A stretch of DNA of 10,628 nucleotides from Candidatus Micrarchaeota archaeon (lineage in GTDB: Archaea > B1Sed10-29 > WALL01 > WAMD01). A model generated the notes under the pieces. The model had not been told where the DNA came from and did no database searches. It was given only the letters and a program-made list of their open reading frames with translations. The stretch is taken from positions 1 through 10,628 of the forward strand of contig CAZZDL010000021.1 of assembly GCA_964652335.1 (NCBI GenBank), given 5' to 3'. A program made the translations under genes and the position numbers. How positions within the stretch are numbered: position 1 is the stretch's first letter; each line of letters begins with the position of its first letter. This document shows, one piece after another, positions 7,478 through 10,628 of the stretch.

Positions 7478-8343
7478 TCAATCACCCTCTTTAGCTCATC
7501 GTAAATACTAATTATTTTTTCCTTCAATGGTGAATCCGTCATAACAAGAGGTTTGCCCATCGCCAGCGCATCAAAGGCAGATCTATGATATGGAATTTCA
7601 CCTATTAACTCTACTCCCCTTTCTGTTAGTAGATCAATAGCCATCTGTCTTCCTTTTCCAGAGATATCAGACTTATTCAGAACTGCTAAAGTCTCTATCC
7701 CAAAATGCTGAGAAAGATCTAAAAGCCTTGACAAATCGTCTATGGCTGCGGGAGTTGGTTCAACTACTGCTAGGACAAGGTCAGATCCGCGAAGGCTAGA
7801 TATAACTGGGCAACCAATACCCGCCGCAGAATCTACAAGTGTGAGCTGAGTATCTTCCTTAAACCTCTTAAGCTCATCCACTAGCTTCCCAGAATTGGAT
7901 CTGCCAGGGTCAAGCTGCCCATAGATAAATGGGAACTTGATCCTCTTGCCATCAAACACAAGCTCAACCCTTTTCTTTACAATCTCCCCTGTCCTAACCT
8001 GCTTCATGCTTATTGCATTCTGTGGGCACACATGTTTGCAGTATCCACATCCTTCACAGAGAAACTCATCTATCTTGAGGCTTTTACTTATGGCGTTGAA
8101 TGGACACTTTTCATAACATATCATGCACTTGTCACATTTATTAAAATCTATCTCAGCCAGTTTAGTCAATGAAACTGGTTTCCTCAATTCTTCTCTTCCA
8201 GGAAATAGAATATGCAAATCAGGACAATCAACGTCTGCATCTATTAGCTGGAAATTAAAGTCTCTAGCTAAAAGCACTGCTAAGGATGCTGCCAGAGTTG
8301 ACTTGCCTACCCCTCCCTTACCTGAGGCTATGGTTATTATCAT
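7474..8343 (-). CDS. MinD-superfamily P-loop ATPase with inserted 2x[4Fe-4S] ferredoxin domain (COG1149-like)
   Basis: IASGKGGVGKS, DADVDCPD, CDKCMICYEKCP and CEGCGYCKHVCP, SGKLV, DSAAGIGCPV, EPTP, LNKSD. Confidence 0.93.
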   Translation of the reverse strand: MIITIASGKGGVGKSTLAASLAVLLARDFNFQLIDADVDCPDLHILFPGREELRKPVSLTKLAEIDFNKCDKCMICYEKCPFNAISKSLKIDEFLCEGCGYCKHVCPQNAISMKQVRTGEIVKKRVELVFDGKRIKFPFIYGQLDPGRSNSGKLVDELKRFKEDTQLTLVDSAAGIGCPVISSLRGSDLVLAVVEPTPAAIDDLSRLLDLSQHFGIETLAVLNKSDISGKGRQMAIDLLTERGVELIGEIPYHRSAFDALAMGKPLVMTDSPLKEKIISIYDELKRVIE

Positions 8344-8714
8344 TCAAAAACTACCTCCAATTCTGGTTTTTTGGGAAAGTAAAATAAATGACTCTCACAA
8401 TCACAATCTGAAGATCCAAACCTAGGTATTGGTCTTCCATAGCTTGCAAAGAATTTGGCTACATCGCATTCTATCCTTTTCTCACTAGGTATCTTTAAGA
8501 CATCAACTACATCCGCCTCATCTAGCAAGTAGTCTATATGCCAATGCTTCTTCTTCTCCGTCCTTAGGTGCCTTGCAATTCTTGTTTCCAAACTGTTCAT
8601 AGCAGAACCAACGTATACATAGTAGCCTTTGGGAAAATGAATATTTCCAAGGCTTCCTATTCTAATATCCTTATCTTTGTCCATTCTAATCACTAAACAA
8701 TATGCTCCTCGCAT
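8340..8714 (-). CDS. DUF123 / GIY-YIG (Uri superfamily) putative endonuclease, 124 aa
   Basis: GAYCLVI..GYYVYVGSA..LETRIARH..KKHWHIDYL..IEC..FGSSDCDCESHL. The start was reassigned from 8783 to ATG 8714 (MRGAYC), where the family signature begins; this reduces the overlap with the upstream gene to 29 nt. Confidence 0.88.
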   Translation of the reverse strand: MRGAYCLVIRMDKDKDIRIGSLGNIHFPKGYYVYVGSAMNSLETRIARHLRTEKKKHWHIDYLLDEADVVDVLKIPSEKRIECDVAKFFASYGRPIPRFGSSDCDCESHLFYFPKKPELEVVFE

Positions 8715-9522
8715 ACTCTGCCATCTCCATAAATACTTTGGATACCTCACTTTCTGGATCCAACAACACAATGGGCTTCCCAATTACATATGCCTGGACT
8801 AGTTCCTCTGAATAGGGTATCTCAAATTTAGGCTTAAAGGGTAAGTCTACGTCAGACACACCTGCCCTATTTAGGATAACATCGTATCCGATACCTAGCT
8901 TTTCCACTAAGCTAATCGCTAGAGCAGAGTCGTTTATTCCAAAAGGGGTTGGCTCTGTAACAATAAATGCATGACTCGCATTTTTCAAGGCCTTGACTAC
9001 TGTGCAATGGGTTCCTGCAGCTGTGTCTATTACTCTCATGCTAGAAGTGGAAAAGTTCATTGCCTCTCTTATTACTCTAGCAGATTCGTCCTCACCTACG
9101 CTCAATTTACCTTCTATTATGTTAACTCCTTCAAAATTCCCAACGCTGATCTGACCAACTTCTTTTTTACTCTCTTCTATGGCATTGAATGGACAGACAT
9201 CCTTACAAAGCATGCAACCTTCACATAAATCCTCAGTTAAATTAGCTCTCCCATTGAGTAAATACAAAGCCTTTGGCAAGCACCTTTGGACGCAAACTCC
9301 ACATCCTGCACATTTGCTTGTTATCAAAGGAATTGATTTGTAAACCTTCTTCACCTCTCTAAGATTTACACCCAAAAGTCTGGAGATATCGGGACACTCA
9401 ACATCCAAGTCCAACAAATCTATGCTTTCATTGGACAGCCTAACCAAAGCAACAGCTAAATTTAAAGCAACAGTTGATTTCCCGGTTCCTCCCTTTCCAC
9501 CTGTTACAGCTAGTGTGGGCAA
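8686..9522 (-). CDS. Second MinD-superfamily P-loop ATPase with inserted 2x[4Fe-4S] ferredoxin domain (COG1149-like)
   Basis: VTGGKGGTGKS, DLDVECPD, CAGCGVCVQRCL and CEGCMLCKDVCP, DTAAGTHCTV, VTEPTPFG. TTG start with GGGTGA SD. Confidence 0.93.
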   Translation of the reverse strand: MPTLAVTGGKGGTGKSTVALNLAVALVRLSNESIDLLDLDVECPDISRLLGVNLREVKKVYKSIPLITSKCAGCGVCVQRCLPKALYLLNGRANLTEDLCEGCMLCKDVCPFNAIEESKKEVGQISVGNFEGVNIIEGKLSVGEDESARVIREAMNFSTSSMRVIDTAAGTHCTVVKALKNASHAFIVTEPTPFGINDSALAISLVEKLGIGYDVILNRAGVSDVDLPFKPKFEIPYSEELVQAYVIGKPIVLLDPESEVSKVFMEMAEYARSILFSD

Positions 9523-9526
9523 TGTC

Positions 9527-9709
9527 TCACCCCTTTCCTACCATTGGAGTTCCACACTTAGGGCACTTCATACTAGTGCATGGCTTGCCTCTGATGTGTG
9601 GAAGAGTAGCCCCACATTTGGGGCAGATGCATAATGAAACTGGTCCTAGTCCTTGCCTAGATCCTCCTCTTCCTTGTCCATGACCTCTTCCTTGTCCAAG
9701 GCCAAACAT
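9527..9709 (-). CDS. Small Gly/Arg-rich, Cys-rich metal-binding protein (CxCPxCG..H..PC..CPxCG)
   Basis: MFGLGQGRGHGQGRGG..CICPKCGATLPHIRGKPCTSMKCPKCG. GGAGGT SD at 9718-9723. The ATG overlaps the upstream TGA (alternative GTG start at 9712). Confidence 0.82.
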   Translation of the reverse strand: MFGLGQGRGHGQGRGGSRQGLGPVSLCICPKCGATLPHIRGKPCTSMKCPKCGTPMVGKG

Positions 9710-10152
9710 CACCAGTTACCTCCTGGTCCTCTTCCCATGCCTCTTCCAAATCCTCTTCCATAGCCCATGCCTCTTCCAAAGCCTGTTCCTGGACCTGGAG
9801 GGATCATGCTAGACATTGGTTGAAGTTGTCCAGCAATGAAAGCATTAACCAAATCCTTAACTGCTCCTTGCCCAATGAACACCTGAATACCTGCTTGTGC
9901 TAAAACTGAGAATGCCTTCGGACCTACGCTCGGAGCAATAATTATATTAACGCCTAAACTAGTTAGATAACTAGCTGCCTGTATACCGGCTCCAGCAGGT
10001 AAGCTTACATTGGGGTTCTGAACCACCTTAACATCTACTATCTCCTTCGTGTTATCATCTAGGGTTACCAGGGTGTATGTTGGTGCCCTCCCAAAGCTCG
10101 GAATGACCAAGTCGTCCAACCCGCCCTTGGCTGTGGGAAATGCAATTATCAT
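9709..10152 (-). CDS. NifB/NifX-family (dinitrogenase Fe-Mo cofactor binding-like, COG1433-like) protein with Gly/Arg-rich tail
   Basis: MIIAFP..FGRAPTY..NP..GAGIQAA..GVNIII..VGPKAFSVLAQAGIQV; tail GFGRGMGYGRGFGRGMGRG. Confidence 0.92.
   Translation of the reverse strand: MIIAFPTAKGGLDDLVIPSFGRAPTYTLVTLDDNTKEIVDVKVVQNPNVSLPAGAGIQAASYLTSLGVNIIIAPSVGPKAFSVLAQAGIQVFIGQGAVKDLVNAFIAGQLQPMSSMIPPGPGTGFGRGMGYGRGFGRGMGRGPGGNW
9728..9781. repeat. Imperfect 12-bp coding tandem repeat (CCTCTTCC-NNNN) encoding (G-x-G-R)n
   Basis: cctcttcccatg/cctcttccaaat/cctcttccatag/cccatg/cctcttccaaag; similar units occur at about 10450-10516 and 9665-9700. Confidence 0.7.
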
Positions 10153-10526
10153 TTTTTATCACCAGATTTCTTATCGCTTTTACTAGTGTTTCTAGTCCTT
10201 AACTCATTTATCTGGTTTTCTATTGCCTTCAGTTCTGTTTCCAGGCTGGCTTTCAATGCAGTTAGATAATTCAGATCCTGTGATGGAACAGCCTGCATCT
10301 GGCTAGCTTGGCTTTGAACCTGTGTCCCTAAGTATGACCAGGGGCTCCACGGAGGAAACTGGCCTGTCTGCGAATAATAGTACCAGCAGTATCCTCCTCT
10401 AGGCCAGCCTCTAGCCCATCCAGGAAGGCCAGTCATCCAAAAGCCTAGTCCTCTTCCGTAGCCGCCTCCAATGCCTCTTCCGTATCCTCTACCAAATCCT
10501 CTTCCATAACCAAAACCCCATGGCAT
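10149..10526 (-). CDS. DUF5320-like protein (Gly/Arg-rich N-terminus, aromatic-rich middle, C-terminal coiled coil)
   Basis: MPWGFGYGRGFGRGYGRG..TGLPGWAR..LKASLETELKAIENQINEL. Strong SD AGGAGGTGA at 10532-10540. First gene after the promoter. Confidence 0.78.
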   Translation of the reverse strand: MPWGFGYGRGFGRGYGRGIGGGYGRGLGFWMTGLPGWARGWPRGGYCWYYYSQTGQFPPWSPWSYLGTQVQSQASQMQAVPSQDLNYLTALKASLETELKAIENQINELRTRNTSKSDKKSGDKK

Positions 10527-10553
10527 CTAACTCACCTCCTATACACATTACAA

Positions 10554-10628
10554 TTTCGTGTTTATGCTCAAATTTCTAATAACTTTTTGTGCATTTGCAT
10601 ATAAATATTTTTCGGTATATGCACAAAA
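10554..10628. promoter_or_regulatory. Three copies of a 20-bp palindromic operator (consensus TTTTGTGCATATGCACAAAA)
   Basis: 10554-10573 TTTCGTGTTTATGCTCAAAT (15/20), 10585-10604 TTTTGTGCATTTGCATATAA (17/20), 10609-10628 TTTTCGGTATATGCACAAAA (17/20). Confidence 0.7.
10598..10614 (-). promoter_or_regulatory. BRE+TATA promoter of the 8-gene operon
   Basis: The minus strand reads CGAAAAA-TA-TTTATATG, about 72 nt upstream of the ATG at 10526. Confidence 0.65.

Noticed and set aside
8340..8714. GIY-YIG gene as a homing endonuclease or mobile element
   Set aside because: Short stand-alone DUF123-type protein with no extra DNA-binding domain, intron/intein context, terminal repeats or target duplication.
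8715..8783. N-terminal extension of the DUF123 ORF from 8783
   Set aside because: It would overlap the upstream ATPase by 98 nt; the family signature begins at MRGAY (8714).
5297..9683. ORFs 5297-5587(-), 6693-6896, 6960-7454, 8123-8425, 8971-9228, 9422-9634 and 9474-9683(+)
   Set aside because: All lie antisense to well-supported genes and have no family features.
5593..10152. Nitrogen fixation or cell-division (Min) locus
   Set aside because: No nifH/D/K/E/N or radical-SAM NifB is present. The ATPases carry ferredoxin inserts or Mrp motifs, not NifH or MinD-specific features.

Overview
Archaeal genomic DNA, judged from BRE+TATA promoters, GGTGA/GGAGGTGA Shine-Dalgarno sites, AGA/AGG Arg codons and archaeal-type gene families; the lineage cannot be fixed from the window. 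There are three units. (1) A minus-strand two-gene unit: a 168-aa membrane-anchored protein (4171-4677) translationally coupled to a giant secreted multidomain surface protein (4174 to beyond position 1, at least 1391 aa). The supplied ORF track omits the latter, presumably because it has no stop in the window. Manual translation gives a signal peptide, a Cys-rich discoidin-like head, 5 PKD, 6 CARDB, 1 cadherin-like and 1 FN3-like domain, with about 49 N-glycosylation sequons. (2) A divergent TrmB-family regulator (4891-5568), with TACT-Nx-AGTA palindromes just downstream of both divergent TATA boxes. (3) A tightly coupled 8-gene minus-strand operon (10526 to 5593): DUF5320-like, NifB/NifX-like, small Cys-rich protein, MinD-type ATPase with ferredoxin insert, DUF123/GIY-YIG nuclease, second MinD-ferredoxin ATPase, Mrp/NBP35 ATPase lacking its CxxC motif, and a CDF transporter fused to a NifX-like domain. 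Its promoter is covered by three copies of a 20-bp palindrome. No RNA genes, CRISPR arrays or mobile elements were seen. Family names come from motif recognition, not database searches.
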